From IMG/VR virus record IMGVR_UViG_3300040985_000942, positions 1 to 25,857 of that record: a stretch of 25,857 nucleotides of DNA; one strand, 5' to 3'. The notes beneath the pieces were generated by a model. That model was not told the DNA's origin. It worked only from the letters and a program-made list of their open reading frames with translations, and searched no databases. The position numbers and the translations under genes were made by a program. How positions within the stretch are numbered: the first letter of the stretch is position 1; each line of letters starts with the position of its first letter. Shown here piece after piece: positions 25,387-25,857 of the stretch. The stretch is from a virus (taxonomy: Duplodnaviria > Caudoviricetes).

Positions 25387-25511
25387 TAATGGCGAAGGCC
25401 GCCACATTGCAGGAGTTGGAGACACACTGGTCGCTGGTGGACCTGCACAACTGCCTGCTTGCCCTCGACTGGATTGACGCACAGTCGGCGCATCACGCTA
25501 AGGGTAAGTAA
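25246..25511 (+). CDS. -1 frame extension of the tail chaperone (gpT-like)
   Basis: Overlapping -1 frame encodes WPIWRVV..ATLQELETHWSLVDL..ALD and stops at the tape measure start. The start coordinate is the inferred slip site. Confidence 0.65.
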
Positions 25512-25857
25512 TGGCCGGGGCAATCACGGTCAGGGAGTTGGTGACTCGGTGGGGTTTCAAGACCGACACTGCCGCAGTAGAGAAATTCAACAAGCAAATT
25601 GACGGTGTAAAGCGTGCGGCGAAGATTGCAACCGGGGCAGTAATTGCTCTGGGTGCTGCTGCCAGTGGCATCACCATGGCATTCGCAAAGAGCGGTGACG
25701 AGATAGCCAAAACCAGCCGGGCGCTAGGCATCGCTGCTGATGAGTTTCAGCGCCTAGTGTACGCCACTCAGATCGGCGGTGCATCACAGCAAGAGGCAGT
25801 TGTTGGTATTCGCACATTGTCACGGGCAATCAATGAAGCATCGCAGGGTGTCGCAGC
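25511..25857 (+). CDS. tail tape measure protein (5' partial)
   Basis: MAGAITVRELVTRWGFKTD..GDEIAKTSRALGIAADEFQRLVYA..; TAATG coupling; open to the window end. Confidence 0.85.
   Translation, partial: MAGAITVRELVTRWGFKTDTAAVEKFNKQIDGVKRAAKIATGAVIALGAAASGITMAFAKSGDEIAKTSRALGIAADEFQRLVYATQIGGASQQEAVVGIRTLSRAINEASQGVA

Overview
A contiguous 25.9-kb piece of a tailed dsDNA phage or prophage, with all credible genes on the + strand. The left ~10 kb is an accessory region of small overlapping ORFs: several CxxC zinc-ribbon proteins, a MazG-like pyrophosphatase, two HNH endonucleases, a phage Dam-type methyltransferase, a lipoprotein and a signal-peptide fibre-like protein. The right ~15.7 kb is a contractile-tail (myovirus-type) morphogenesis module: small terminase, an inserted methyltransferase + PD-(D/E)XK nuclease pair, large terminase, portal, gpF-like head protein, XkdF-like protease, HTH protein, scaffold, triple-domain decoration protein, major capsid, neck proteins, sheath, tube, frameshifted tail chaperone and the start of the tape measure. 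The most striking unexplained signal is a recurring cassette in front of all three nuclease-bearing units: a sigma70-like promoter followed by a structured RNA leader whose long hairpin loop is complementary to the sequence overlapping the Shine-Dalgarno. The two HNH copies show compensatory base changes. The loop-to-target geometry looks too tight for a cis pseudoknot, suggesting in-trans RNA-RNA translational control. All protein calls are by-eye motif recognition; no searches were run.
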